Source of the DNA: Candidatus Fermentibacterota bacterium
GTDB lineage: Bacteria > Fermentibacterota > Fermentibacteria > Fermentibacterales > JCC-6
Direction of reading: 5' to 3'
Assembly (NCBI GenBank): GCA_030592645.1
Contig: JAUVIR010000005.1
Span: 1,110-65,109 of the forward strand
Length of the DNA: 64,000 nucleotides
Below, piece by piece: positions 18,910 through 28,407 of the stretch. Numbering within the stretch: position 1 is the first letter of the stretch; every line of letters begins with the position of its first letter. The position numbers and the translations under genes were made by a program. A model generated the notes under the pieces. It ran no database searches and was not told the origin of the DNA. It was given only the letters and a program-made list of their open reading frames with translations.

Positions 18910-19919
18910 TATGATTTCCTTCGGTCAAAATAATCGGTGTGCATCGCACCGCGTACAAGCTGCATTGTCCTGCTTCCCTCAATACATGCGGCTTCAGTAC
19001 CTGTCTTCAGAATCTCCTCGATGAGGCCGGGTTTTTCGAAGCGGATCCTCCGTTCCCGGATAGGGTCCAGAATCTCCTCGATCACCTGGATCATCCTCTT
19101 TTTGCATGCAACACACCCGATAGTCCCCTTCCTGCAGCGCTCTTCAATGTCCGGGGACTCTTCCCTGTTAAAGGCCTGATGGTAAGAGAATATCGTGCAT
19201 ATCTCAGGATGCCCCGGATCATCCTTATGGATCCTGGCCGGGTCAGTTACAGCGGACATCAGCTTCTTTCTGACCTCCTCTGTGCTGTCGCGGAGATAAA
19301 TACAATTTCCCAGGGATTTGGACATTTTGGCCTTCCCGTCCAGTCCTACAAGCCTTGCCGTCTCACTCTTCAACCCCTCCGGTTCAGGGAAGACGGTTCC
19401 GTAAAGCTCATTGAATCGTCTGGCAGTAAAACGGGAAACCTCCACAACTGGAAGCTGATCCTCACCAACCGGAACGAGGTCAGCCCGGCAGAAAAGAATA
19501 TCCGCAGCCTGACTAACCGGATATCCGAGGAATCCGTATGTCATGTTCTCCTCAAAACCATGCTGCCCGGCTTCAGTTTTTATGGTTGGGTTGTGCCGCA
19601 GGCGGTTCACGGTGATGAACATTGAGAAAAACACTGTAAGTTCAGCTATCTGAGGTACCATGCTCTGAATGAATATGTTCACAATTTCCGGATCAAGGCC
19701 TGCAGAAAGATTATCGAGCGTAACCTGCCATACATCCGCGGGAAGATGTTCAGGGTGATCAAAATTCGTGGAGAGAGTCTGTACATCGGCTACAATTATG
19801 AATGTCTCGTACTCTTTCTGGAGTTTTACTCTATTCTGCAGCGACCCTGCAAAATGTCCGAGATGAAGAGGCCCCGTAGGTCTGTCTCCGGTTAAGATGC
19901 GCTTTCTTTCCTTATTCAA
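18909..19919 (-). CDS. trpS: Tryptophan--tRNA ligase
   Basis: TGDRPTGPLHLGH, YPVSQAADI, VPVGEDQ, KMSKS. Confidence 0.97.
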   Translation of the reverse strand: MNKERKRILTGDRPTGPLHLGHFAGSLQNRVKLQKEYETFIIVADVQTLSTNFDHPEHLPADVWQVTLDNLSAGLDPEIVNIFIQSMVPQIAELTVFFSMFITVNRLRHNPTIKTEAGQHGFEENMTYGFLGYPVSQAADILFCRADLVPVGEDQLPVVEVSRFTARRFNELYGTVFPEPEGLKSETARLVGLDGKAKMSKSLGNCIYLRDSTEEVRKKLMSAVTDPARIHKDDPGHPEICTIFSYHQAFNREESPDIEERCRKGTIGCVACKKRMIQVIEEILDPIRERRIRFEKPGLIEEILKTGTEAACIEGSRTMQLVRGAMHTDYFDRRKS

Positions 19920-19920
19920 A

Positions 19921-20922
19921 TCATTTCTCCCGTATTCCTGGAATATTGGAATACCTGAAATCCTTCAGGTCTATCTCACCGGAGTACTCATCCAGGATGT
20001 TGTATGTTTTCTCAACAAGTTTATCAAGCTGCGGACAGATTCTGGAATAATCCGCAAGGTACCTGAAAGTTCTTGGCAGGTAGCCGAGGAACTTGGAATC
20101 ACCCGTTTTTCTGTACTGCATCGCGAAAGTACCAATAGCCTTCAGACTCCGTTGACAGGCTGTCAGGGCGATCTGGAACATGTTCATGTCACCCTTCGCC
20201 ATAATGAACTTCTTCGCTCTGTCTTCCCATGATAACCCCGGATCCCGGTAACTGTCTCTTACGAGGCTGACCACATCGTATGCGGACGGACCGAATCGGG
20301 CATCCTGCCAATCAATTATTGTAATACGATCGTTATGAATCATAAGATTCGCACTGTGAAAATCCCGATGAACGAATACTGATGAATCCGATATCAATCC
20401 GCAGAGCTTCCGCATCTCACTCTGAAGCACTAGAAGTTCTTCCATCGGAGCTTCAAGAAGTCTGAAAAAAAGCGTTTCAAGGGTATTCTCAAGCTCTGCC
20501 ATGAAGAATGCCGGAGTAAAGCTCCTTCTGCCTGCGATTGAGCCGGAACAGGCTCTGAAGTCGAGTTTCTTCTGCATTGCAATAATCATGTCAATTGCTT
20601 CATCGAGATACTTAAAATAGAGGTTATCATCCACATCAAGCAGCCTGCAGGTACCCAGATCCTCCTGAAGAACCCATCCCTTTTTGGTGTCGCATTCCAT
20701 AATCGAGGAAACATTGAATCCATGATCGGAGAGAAGTTCATGAATGTCCAGCCATGGCCATATTGGAGTCTTACCGCTATCCATAAGAATAAGAGTTTCC
20801 CCGCCTGAGGATACACGCCAGAAACGCCTCCCCGACACATCACCCTGAAGCCTGGTTGCGGTTACGCTGTTATCAGTTCTGCTTCTAAGCCATGTGGTAA
20901 GCTCCGGTGACATGGTTCTCAT
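19921..20922 (-). CDS. amgK: AmgK-like phosphotransferase (MurNAc/GlcNAc anomeric kinase family)
   Basis: GDVSGRRFWR, LQEDLG, HRDFHSANLM, IDWQDARFGPSAYDVVSL; next to a MurU-like gene. Confidence 0.75.
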   Translation of the reverse strand: MRTMSPELTTWLRSRTDNSVTATRLQGDVSGRRFWRVSSGGETLILMDSGKTPIWPWLDIHELLSDHGFNVSSIMECDTKKGWVLQEDLGTCRLLDVDDNLYFKYLDEAIDMIIAMQKKLDFRACSGSIAGRRSFTPAFFMAELENTLETLFFRLLEAPMEELLVLQSEMRKLCGLISDSSVFVHRDFHSANLMIHNDRITIIDWQDARFGPSAYDVVSLVRDSYRDPGLSWEDRAKKFIMAKGDMNMFQIALTACQRSLKAIGTFAMQYRKTGDSKFLGYLPRTFRYLADYSRICPQLDKLVEKTYNILDEYSGEIDLKDFRYSNIPGIREK

Positions 20923-21908
20923 ACTGATTCTCCGTCCCTGCTGCTGCAGAACCATGGCAGTATGGAGTCCTGAAGAGTACCGGTTTCGAGGGATGAACCA
21001 TCAAGCATGACACTATCCTGAAGGAAGGCACCGCTTCCGATAATACAGCCTCTGCCGATATTCCATACCCCATTGAGCGAAACATCACTGGAAATACACG
21101 CTGTGGGATGGATGAAAGAACCGCCGGATAGAATATTCCTTCGAAGAACTGCAATTCTGCCCATATCCAGCCACCTTCCATTTCCCCTGAAGGCAGTCAG
21201 TCTGCCGCCGTCCGACACTGCGGCGGAAGCAAGTTCTGAGAATATGCCGCCGGAAGCCTGGATACTTGCTGCAGCAGCTGAGATTGATGGTTCCATCAGG
21301 CTAACCCCCCAATAATGCGTCTTCTGAACTCCCCCACACCCGAATTTCATCTCTCCATCAATCAATAATGGAGAATAAGTGCCATCGGTCGGAAAGTTCC
21401 CTGTGAGGGCTGTCCAGGTCGATCCGATTTTCCTGTGGTAATCAACCATCCCGATTGCATCAAATTCCTCGATAATCATATCCGTGTTCACGACCATCCA
21501 GGTCCCCGAAGCCATAATATCCGAATGGCGTGCCAGGGTTGCTGAGGCACCCAGCGGTCTCTCCTCAAAATATAGTTCACACTTTGCTTCCGACCAGACC
21601 GATGCTATCTCACTCATCAGTACTTCAGGACACCTGGATGCATTTATTCTTATTCTCCCCGGACATACGGAACTGACCTGTGCAGCCAGCCTTTGCAGAA
21701 CCGATGTACCACCGAACGGCAGCAGGGCCTTGGGACGGATAAGAGTAAGGGGTTCATCCCTTCTGCCGTAACCGGCAGCAAGGAAAAGAACCCCCTCAAT
21801 CTCGATCGGGGTCTGTTTACCCGTAAATTTCTTTTCTATTGCAGTCACAAAGCCTGACCCTGCGTCTCTGCGGGCGCCAGTCTCCTTTTTCATTGTATCT
21901 GGCGGCAA
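20919..21908 (-). CDS. murU: MurU-like nucleotidyltransferase; start uncertain (probably shorter)
   Basis: LAAGYGRR, RPKALLP, LGASATL, NTDMI, WLDMG; ATGA coupling to the amgK-like gene. Confidence 0.7.
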   Translation of the reverse strand: MPPDTMKKETGARRDAGSGFVTAIEKKFTGKQTPIEIEGVLFLAAGYGRRDEPLTLIRPKALLPFGGTSVLQRLAAQVSSVCPGRIRINASRCPEVLMSEIASVWSEAKCELYFEERPLGASATLARHSDIMASGTWMVVNTDMIIEEFDAIGMVDYHRKIGSTWTALTGNFPTDGTYSPLLIDGEMKFGCGGVQKTHYWGVSLMEPSISAAAASIQASGGIFSELASAAVSDGGRLTAFRGNGRWLDMGRIAVLRRNILSGGSFIHPTACISSDVSLNGVWNIGRGCIIGSGAFLQDSVMLDGSSLETGTLQDSILPWFCSSRDGESV

Positions 21909-22017
21909 ACAGGATTACAGGTACCCTCTCCTTGCCGCATACAGGGCAGTCATCCCTGTGAAGTGTCCTGGCTTCGTGGGCCAGCTTGGCTGCAAAAGTT
22001 CTTTCTTTCTTAGGCAT
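21817..22017 (-). CDS. Small basic Cys-containing protein
   Basis: MPKKERTFAAK...CPVCG...LCDCN; GGAGAGG RBS; overlaps the GH57 stop. Confidence 0.6.
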   Translation of the reverse strand: MPKKERTFAAKLAHEARTLHRDDCPVCGKERVPVILFAARYNEKGDWRPQRRRVRLCDCNRKEIYG

Positions 22018-23155
22018 TAAAAGCATCCTCTCCGGTTACTACCGGGATACTGCAGGCATATGTCATGATCCTGTCCATCATAGAGCGATCCCCGGTTTCG
22101 GCGTAGATCGCCTGAGCTGTCTCCAGAATTATAAGTAAACCGCGGCGGACCTGCACAGCATTAAATCTGCCTTGTGAAGCCCACCAAAACGGACACGAGT
22201 ATAACATTTTATTGGCCCAAGAGGCAACTTCGTCCGAATTGCACACTCCGGCAAGTGTACTGACATCATGAAGAAGCTGTCTCATACGAACATGAATACG
22301 ATTATCGGGATCATCCCATAAAGGCCACGGTTTACCTGCATCAAGATCACCCGGAGTTGTGGACCAGCTTCCTGATGGAACATCGGCCCGTACGGATGGA
22401 AAAATCTCAAGAAGATCTCCGGGAGTTACCATCATGGCATCCTGCCTGCTGGTAAAGGCATCAAGGAAAGGTGCGAGGAATGTCTCGATAGTTCCCGGTC
22501 TGTGATGACCGTAGGTTTCTCCATCCATCGCAATGAGAATGTAAGCGTCTTCCTCTCCTGTCCAGCTGTTCATTCCGTCAATAATCTCCCGGGCCATCCC
22601 GGAGCCGTCCACTCCGTGAAAAGAGATCCTGTTGCTCCAGAAATTACTTCTAAGCAGTACAGCCACACCGTCCACTTCGGGAATGGTGTTAAAGGGAACG
22701 TTTCTGCCTGTCCAGGCAAATGGTATATCATCCGTTACCGTCCAGGTATAGCCCATGCTGCCGAATATCGATGGGAGCTGTGGAGAGTAAGCCATCTCGG
22801 GCGGGAAAACACCGATAGGTTTGTATCTCTTTCCAAATACCAGACGATTGCCGTCACTGTTGATTTGCAGCTGTCTTCTTACATCATCCTCGCTTATCAG
22901 GGGAAATATGGGGTGGTAAGCCCCCGAGTCGGTGAATTCCAGATTCGCAGCATTCGCCAGATGGTCAAGTGATTCCGATCCAAGGCTTGCAAGCTGTTCT
23001 GTCAGGGAATAATTAATGTTCACAGCAACCCTTGCTCCAGATCCTGCCAGTAATCCGGCGAGAGGCGTGTAGCATTCAGTGTCGATCTTCTCCACCAGAG
23101 AAATATCCTGAGTCGGAGGCTGATAGATATGCAGCAGCAAACTTACATACTTCAT
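22010..23155 (-). CDS. Glycoside hydrolase family 57
   Basis: HIYQP, YHPIFPL, FPPEMAY (nucleophile), MDGETYGHH (acid/base), GSWS. Confidence 0.88.
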   Translation of the reverse strand: MKYVSLLLHIYQPPTQDISLVEKIDTECYTPLAGLLAGSGARVAVNINYSLTEQLASLGSESLDHLANAANLEFTDSGAYHPIFPLISEDDVRRQLQINSDGNRLVFGKRYKPIGVFPPEMAYSPQLPSIFGSMGYTWTVTDDIPFAWTGRNVPFNTIPEVDGVAVLLRSNFWSNRISFHGVDGSGMAREIIDGMNSWTGEEDAYILIAMDGETYGHHRPGTIETFLAPFLDAFTSRQDAMMVTPGDLLEIFPSVRADVPSGSWSTTPGDLDAGKPWPLWDDPDNRIHVRMRQLLHDVSTLAGVCNSDEVASWANKMLYSCPFWWASQGRFNAVQVRRGLLIILETAQAIYAETGDRSMMDRIMTYACSIPVVTGEDAFNA

Positions 23156-23928
23156 CTGTCACATTCCTTGATAAGGGTGATCATATCACCGGTACTCACC
23201 CCGAGAAGATCGGATGAACTTCCGCAGCTTACAGCTATTTCCATCAGATTCTGACTGCCCCGGAGGTAAAGAATCCCAGGATGATCACTGTAGGTTTCAA
23301 CCTCTGTAACAGGTTCTATCCTGCCGCCGGGTAACTGCAGAAAGGCGGGATGAAATTCGCTGGATGCGGGAAGCCAGAGAATGATATTGCCAAAATTATC
23401 TATATGGGCAATCGTAACCTGCAGTCCGTCATCCACAAGTACCGGTATCTCAATTTCCGATGGAACAAGATCCTCCCTGCAGACAGGTTCCAGAAATTCC
23501 ACCCACCCCGGATCAGTTATCAGTCTGGCGCAGGCAGGGGCGAATACATCCCTTCCGTGGAAGGTCCTGCTGGATCCCGGTTGAGGATCCGGAAGCAGCC
23601 AGGCTCTTGTTATCGGCAGAAGCCCGAAAAGACCGTTATCCGGTCCGATGTAGAATGCACCATCTACTTCGCAGACCACTCCTCTGCGGGCGGTTCCCAC
23701 ACCGGGATCGATAACCGCAAGCACTACAGAACCAGCCGGAATACAGCTGCGGGAAACGGATAGGTGGAAAGCGCCTTCCCTGAGTGAACCGGCTTTCACA
23801 TCATGCGTAAGATCGATGATCGCAACAGAGCAGGAACACTGCGAAAGTATCACCGCTTTCATCTGAGCAACATATGTATCGGATGTTCCGAAATCGGATA
23901 TCAGAAACAGTGTCTTAACGGGCGTCAT
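23152..23928 (-). CDS. SAM hydroxide adenosyltransferase / chlorinase-fluorinase family (DUF62)
   Basis: SDFGTSD, VIDPGVGT, GPDNG, TFHGRDVF, IDNFGNI. Confidence 0.92.
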   Translation of the reverse strand: MTPVKTLFLISDFGTSDTYVAQMKAVILSQCSCSVAIIDLTHDVKAGSLREGAFHLSVSRSCIPAGSVVLAVIDPGVGTARRGVVCEVDGAFYIGPDNGLFGLLPITRAWLLPDPQPGSSRTFHGRDVFAPACARLITDPGWVEFLEPVCREDLVPSEIEIPVLVDDGLQVTIAHIDNFGNIILWLPASSEFHPAFLQLPGGRIEPVTEVETYSDHPGILYLRGSQNLMEIAVSCGSSSDLLGVSTGDMITLIKECDR

Positions 23929-26900
23929 CTGTATTTCAGAACCACAAGGGTCTGATCATCCCCCTGCGGCAAACCCTTTGAATAGGAGTTAACAGCATCC
24001 AGTATCCCGCCTGAGATCTGGTGTGCGGAAAGGTCACGGTTTTCAAGAACAACATCGCAGAGCCTCTCTGTCCCGAATTCAAAATTCGCTGAATCCATAG
24101 CCTCTGTCAAACCATCCGTATACAGGATAAGCACATCACCGGATTCCAGTTCCACTGTTCCGTGTTCGTACTCTGCCTGCGCCGACAGACCCATTATCAG
24201 CCCGCCCTTCTCAAGCCACTGGGATTCCCCCTCCCTCGTCACAAGAAGCGGGGGATTATGCCCTGCATTCACATAAGTAAGCTTGCCCGAGTCAAGGTCA
24301 AGCACACCGTAGAACAGGCCTGTCATTATAGGATCCCCCTCACCAAGTACGGAGGATTCGTTAACTTTCTGAATGATATCGCTGATGGAATAAATACTCT
24401 GTACATAGGCTACCAGGTTGCCCTTAAGCCCTGCCATTGTAAGCGCCGCCGGTATGCCTTTCCCGGCTACATCGGCCACTGCCAGTCCAAGGTTACGATC
24501 GGGAAGGTGGAAGAAATCGTAGTAATCACCACCCACTTCACTGGCAGGCCTGTAAAATATCTCGATATCGTAACCCTCAAGATTGGGAGGACTGTCCGGG
24601 AGCAGGTCGAGCTGTATCTTCCTCGCCATATTCAGCTCTTCCGATATGGCATGTCCTGCGGAGAACCTGTTAAGAAGAATGTCAGGCATCCTGTTCCTGA
24701 CGATATCCGAGGCGAGCAGCTGGGGAGTTTCGGTAACAAGCCTGATAACTTCCATTCGGACATTCCTGTCAGGATCGGTGAACATGTCGGCAAGTTTAGC
24801 ATCTACATCTGATATTGAGTAGAGCTCAGGGTGGCTTCGGAGACCGGAAATGATCTCCAGCCGCACATCTGATGCAGGATCATCAAAAGCGTTCATAATC
24901 TCTCGGAGCAGTTTTACATCAGGTATGGAAACATTGTTCAGCAGGCCGGAAAGAGCGCCAAGACGAACATAGGGATCTTCATCCTTAAGGAGTTCCTGAA
25001 GAACAGGATCAAGGTCCTCCGATTTATCACTTTCAAACTCTCCAAGCGTCACTGCGGCAGCAGCCCTTACAGCCCGTTTCTCATCATTTGCCAGTAGCCG
25101 AAGCACATCAAGGACTGCGTCAGTTCTGATTCCAAGGCTCCGGATAGCGTTCAGCAGTGATTTCCGAACGTATGAAGAGGAATCCAGTAAAAAATCATTC
25201 ACGAAACCGGAAACCTGATCACCGAGATCACTCTCATTCCAGAGTACGAAAAATGGAAGGCCCGCTCTCTCCTTGAATTCTCCGGTCCTGATAATACTTT
25301 CAATCAGTTCAAGAGATGCTTCCCTCAGATCTGTCCTGCCGAGGCAGATAAGCTGGCTTAGAGCCTCACGCCCCTCGTTATGATCCGACGTCAGAACCTC
25401 AATCAGAAAGTTCCTCCGTATTCCAGTGTCCATGATAGTGTAGTATCCCAGCACCATGCTGGCGAATGCCCTGCCCAAAGCGATTCGTTCATGGATCAGC
25501 TTCCACAGGTTCTCCTTCTCCTCATGATCAAGGGAAGAGTAATTCATCAGCATACACCGCGAGACCTGAAGAATGTCCTCCTCTGCAAGGTCGGTTATGA
25601 TCGATTTTCTGACCTCATCGCTGAAGAACCTGAGCCTTGCTCCTATTCTCCATGCCAGTCTTCCCTTGCCTCCGGGAGGCAATCTGTCCATCAGCACCCA
25701 GAGCAGATCGTTGAATTCCTGGTTGAACTCCTCAAGCTTTCTATCCAGAAGCCCCATAATAAGGGTAGTCATCAATCCGGGGTCACCCTCTTCCAGCACC
25801 TCGTTCAGTACATCGAATTCCTTCGGTTCAAGAGCGGGAAACTTGCTGCCTATGTACATCATCAGACCCTGACGGACTTCGTAGGAATCGTCCTCCAGGA
25901 AATCTCTGTATATCTTTCCGCATTTCTCAGGCATTCCCCACATGGTCAGATCCTGAATAAACTGTCCCCGCACTCCAGGATCGGAATCAGTCACCGCAGC
26001 ATTGACAATATCTTCGAATACCGGCAACTCAAGTATCCACTGCCGTCCGAGTGTTCCGGCAAGCGCCATTCTTACTTCCGTAATACCCTTTGCCATCATG
26101 ATCCTGTACATACTTATTATCGATTCATCCAAATGATCTGCGGAACTCAGCAGCATGTTAAGAACGTCAGTAAGAACAGTTCTTGATTTCTCGGACGCGA
26201 TGTGAAGAAGGAGCTTTGCCTTTACTTCATCTGAGAGACTCTTATAGAAGCCGGCCAGGAAGTACCCGGCCCGTCTAACGCCCGGTTCCTCGCTCCCGAT
26301 CAGCGTATCCGCAAATGCGCGAATGACGGGAGCATCTTTTTCAAGCAGCTCACGGATTCCTCTATCGATGGCCCACATCCTGACAGAATCGCTCACGGTG
26401 ATATAGACCTCACCGCTTCCGTAAATCCTTCTGAATGGATCTGCACCTGTTGAAGCAAGTGATGTGCTGTAGAGCTCTTCCAGTTCATCATTGGAGGGAA
26501 ATCTTTTATTCTCCTGGACAATGAGCCTGTCCAGAAACCGAAAGAGCACCCGTTTGAATACCGCTTCGGCAACAACTGGGTCGAAGGCAGCCAGAAGAAG
26601 CAGTTCAGCTTTCTCGAGAGCAGAAAGCTTTCGGAACCATTTCAGAGCCTCTCTGCCCTGATCCAACCTCCATTTCCGGTCGGTTGATGGTTCAGGAAGC
26701 CTGACATGGGCATCTGAATATGAATCGAAAACTTTGGTTATCTCAGGTGAGGATGTTGCAAGTATAAGCCTGTGTCTTGATTCTGTTGCTCTTGTCATGA
26801 GTGAGATAACAGATGACCACAGACGGTATGGATAAATATCCACCAGTCGTCTGAGTGTATCAAGATCAAGGAAGACAGCACAATCTTCAGAACCTGTAAG

Positions 26901-27539
26901 AAGCTGCACAACCTCCCTGAAGTCCAGATCACGCGTAATAAGCTCTATGGGGTTCAGTTTATCCAGAGATGCTTCCACAAGCAGTTTTCTCGCTATAGTG
27001 GTCTTTCCAGCGCCCAGGGAACCGCTGAGGCAGACAAATCCACGCCTTTCAATAACTTCCCTGGCTTTTTCAAGTGAATCCAGATCCACGGAAAGCACAT
27101 CAATATTACCATAGGATTGAAGCAGATCATCACCCTGCGGGTAGGGAAAGAATTCCCGGTTCAAACTTCTGAGCCAATTCTGAACCTCGTTCCGCAGCAG
27201 TTCTCTGCCTTCGTTGGCTGATGAGAATGTCCAGCAGAGATTATTATTCAGAAGGTCCTGAACTGTATTATCATCCCCCGGTTCATTCATGAAGCAAATC
27301 CCTGCGATCGGGACAGCATACCGGAAGCAGTTGTAGTAAATGTTTCGGAGTTCGGAAGAAAGAGGCCCGTTGATTACAAGCAGGAGAGCGTCAGGAATGG
27401 GAGTATCCGATCGGGAAACCTGAATCTCATCTGCCCATCTTGGAGGTATGAGTATCTCAGCATCAGTCTTTAGAATATTCTTGATGCCCCCGGGCAGCTC
27501 TCTGCTTTCAAATACTACTGAAAGAGTGAAACTGTTCAC
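23925..27539 (-). CDS. Multidomain protein: N-terminal domain + P-loop (STAND-like) NTPase + HEAT repeats + SpoIIE/PP2C phosphatase
   Basis: Walker A GSLGAGKT, Walker-B-like AVFLDLD, repeated DxxxxVR HEAT motifs, coiled coil ELNMARKIQLDLLP, PP2C motifs GGDYYD, VADVAGKG, YTDGLTE, GDDQT. Confidence 0.85.
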   Translation of the reverse strand: MNSFTLSVVFESRELPGGIKNILKTDAEILIPPRWADEIQVSRSDTPIPDALLLVINGPLSSELRNIYYNCFRYAVPIAGICFMNEPGDDNTVQDLLNNNLCWTFSSANEGRELLRNEVQNWLRSLNREFFPYPQGDDLLQSYGNIDVLSVDLDSLEKAREVIERRGFVCLSGSLGAGKTTIARKLLVEASLDKLNPIELITRDLDFREVVQLLTGSEDCAVFLDLDTLRRLVDIYPYRLWSSVISLMTRATESRHRLILATSSPEITKVFDSYSDAHVRLPEPSTDRKWRLDQGREALKWFRKLSALEKAELLLLAAFDPVVAEAVFKRVLFRFLDRLIVQENKRFPSNDELEELYSTSLASTGADPFRRIYGSGEVYITVSDSVRMWAIDRGIRELLEKDAPVIRAFADTLIGSEEPGVRRAGYFLAGFYKSLSDEVKAKLLLHIASEKSRTVLTDVLNMLLSSADHLDESIISMYRIMMAKGITEVRMALAGTLGRQWILELPVFEDIVNAAVTDSDPGVRGQFIQDLTMWGMPEKCGKIYRDFLEDDSYEVRQGLMMYIGSKFPALEPKEFDVLNEVLEEGDPGLMTTLIMGLLDRKLEEFNQEFNDLLWVLMDRLPPGGKGRLAWRIGARLRFFSDEVRKSIITDLAEEDILQVSRCMLMNYSSLDHEEKENLWKLIHERIALGRAFASMVLGYYTIMDTGIRRNFLIEVLTSDHNEGREALSQLICLGRTDLREASLELIESIIRTGEFKERAGLPFFVLWNESDLGDQVSGFVNDFLLDSSSYVRKSLLNAIRSLGIRTDAVLDVLRLLANDEKRAVRAAAAVTLGEFESDKSEDLDPVLQELLKDEDPYVRLGALSGLLNNVSIPDVKLLREIMNAFDDPASDVRLEIISGLRSHPELYSISDVDAKLADMFTDPDRNVRMEVIRLVTETPQLLASDIVRNRMPDILLNRFSAGHAISEELNMARKIQLDLLPDSPPNLEGYDIEIFYRPASEVGGDYYDFFHLPDRNLGLAVADVAGKGIPAALTMAGLKGNLVAYVQSIYSISDIIQKVNESSVLGEGDPIMTGLFYGVLDLDSGKLTYVNAGHNPPLLVTREGESQWLEKGGLIMGLSAQAEYEHGTVELESGDVLILYTDGLTEAMDSANFEFGTERLCDVVLENRDLSAHQISGGILDAVNSYSKGLPQGDDQTLVVLKYR

Positions 27540-27555
27540 GGGATGGAAATCGCTT

Positions 27556-27969
27556 TCAGGTCAGAGGCCAGATAAGAGTAACCCTTGTTTTTCCTTCCGG
27601 AGTAAGACCAAACTCAACCCATTTGGCCAGGTTACGGGCGATAAGAACTCCTCTACCCCTTGTTAAAAGAAGCTCTTCCCCCTCTCCAGGGTTGAAGCCA
27701 AGGGCTTTCTCAGGTTCCCATGACCCTTCATCGTCAATATGAAACCTTATTCTGTTTGGAAAAATGTCAAAACTGATGGTAACTATTTTTTCAGGGTCAT
27801 TCTCGTTTCCGTGCTCCATCGCGTTCTTTGCCAGTTCGACCACCGCAACGGAAAGCAGGGACAGATCATCTTCCTCCACTTCGGCCGATTTCCCGACAGC
27901 CTCAATGATCAGCTGAAGCGGTTCAAGAACGGAAGTATCGCTTGGCAAACGTATTTCTATCGGGCGCAC
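27556..27969 (-). CDS. rsbW: Anti-sigma factor kinase (RsbW/SpoIIAB, HATPase_c_2)
   Basis: AVVELAKNAMEHGN, IDDEG, RGRGVLI. Confidence 0.88.
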   Translation of the reverse strand: MRPIEIRLPSDTSVLEPLQLIIEAVGKSAEVEEDDLSLLSVAVVELAKNAMEHGNENDPEKIVTISFDIFPNRIRFHIDDEGSWEPEKALGFNPGEGEELLLTRGRGVLIARNLAKWVEFGLTPEGKTRVTLIWPLT

Positions 27970-27970
27970 G

Positions 27971-28312
27971 TCATTCCCCGAAACTATTCAGCGCTTCCTG
28001 TTCATCAGTAAATGTTTCGAAGATGGTGATCAGCTTCGTAATGATGAACAATTCATGGATTTTCTTCGTTGCATTAAGAATCCTCAGGGCTCCGCCAGCT
28101 CTTGAAAGGGTAGTATGACCCGAAACAATTACACCAAGTCCGGAACTATCCATCCAGCTCACTTTTCCGAGGTCAAGGAGGACTTTATTGTTTTCCTGAT
28201 CAACGGCTTTCTGGAATACACTTTTGACTTCCATAAGCTCAGGACCGCCAATGACTTTACCGGATAGAGCAATAACAAGAACATCGCCCTTCATTTGCTG
28301 TTTGATATTCAA
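27971..28312 (-). CDS. rsbV: STAS anti-sigma factor antagonist
   Basis: LLDLGKVSWMDSSGLGVIV (phospho-Ser motif), FIITKL. Confidence 0.92.
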   Translation of the reverse strand: MNIKQQMKGDVLVIALSGKVIGGPELMEVKSVFQKAVDQENNKVLLDLGKVSWMDSSGLGVIVSGHTTLSRAGGALRILNATKKIHELFIITKLITIFETFTDEQEALNSFGE

Positions 28313-28349
28313 TTTCTACCTCCAGATAATTAAAGTTCTTCAGAAACGA

Positions 28350-28393
28350 AAACCGATTTCGGTTTAATATAGCCCCAAAATCCTGATTGACAA
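28350..28393 (-). promoter_or_regulatory. Putative promoter of the rsbV operon with adjacent palindrome
   Basis: Minus strand TTGTCA-N16-TATATT (28393-28366), immediately followed by the palindrome AAACCGA-N2-TCGGTTT (28350-28365). Confidence 0.45.
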
Positions 28394-28407
28394 TTCCCTG
28401 TGAGCAT

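Noticed and set aside
24162-26186. Long plus-strand ORFs opposite the STAND-PP2C gene
   Set aside because: Typical antisense shadow ORFs with non-protein-like composition
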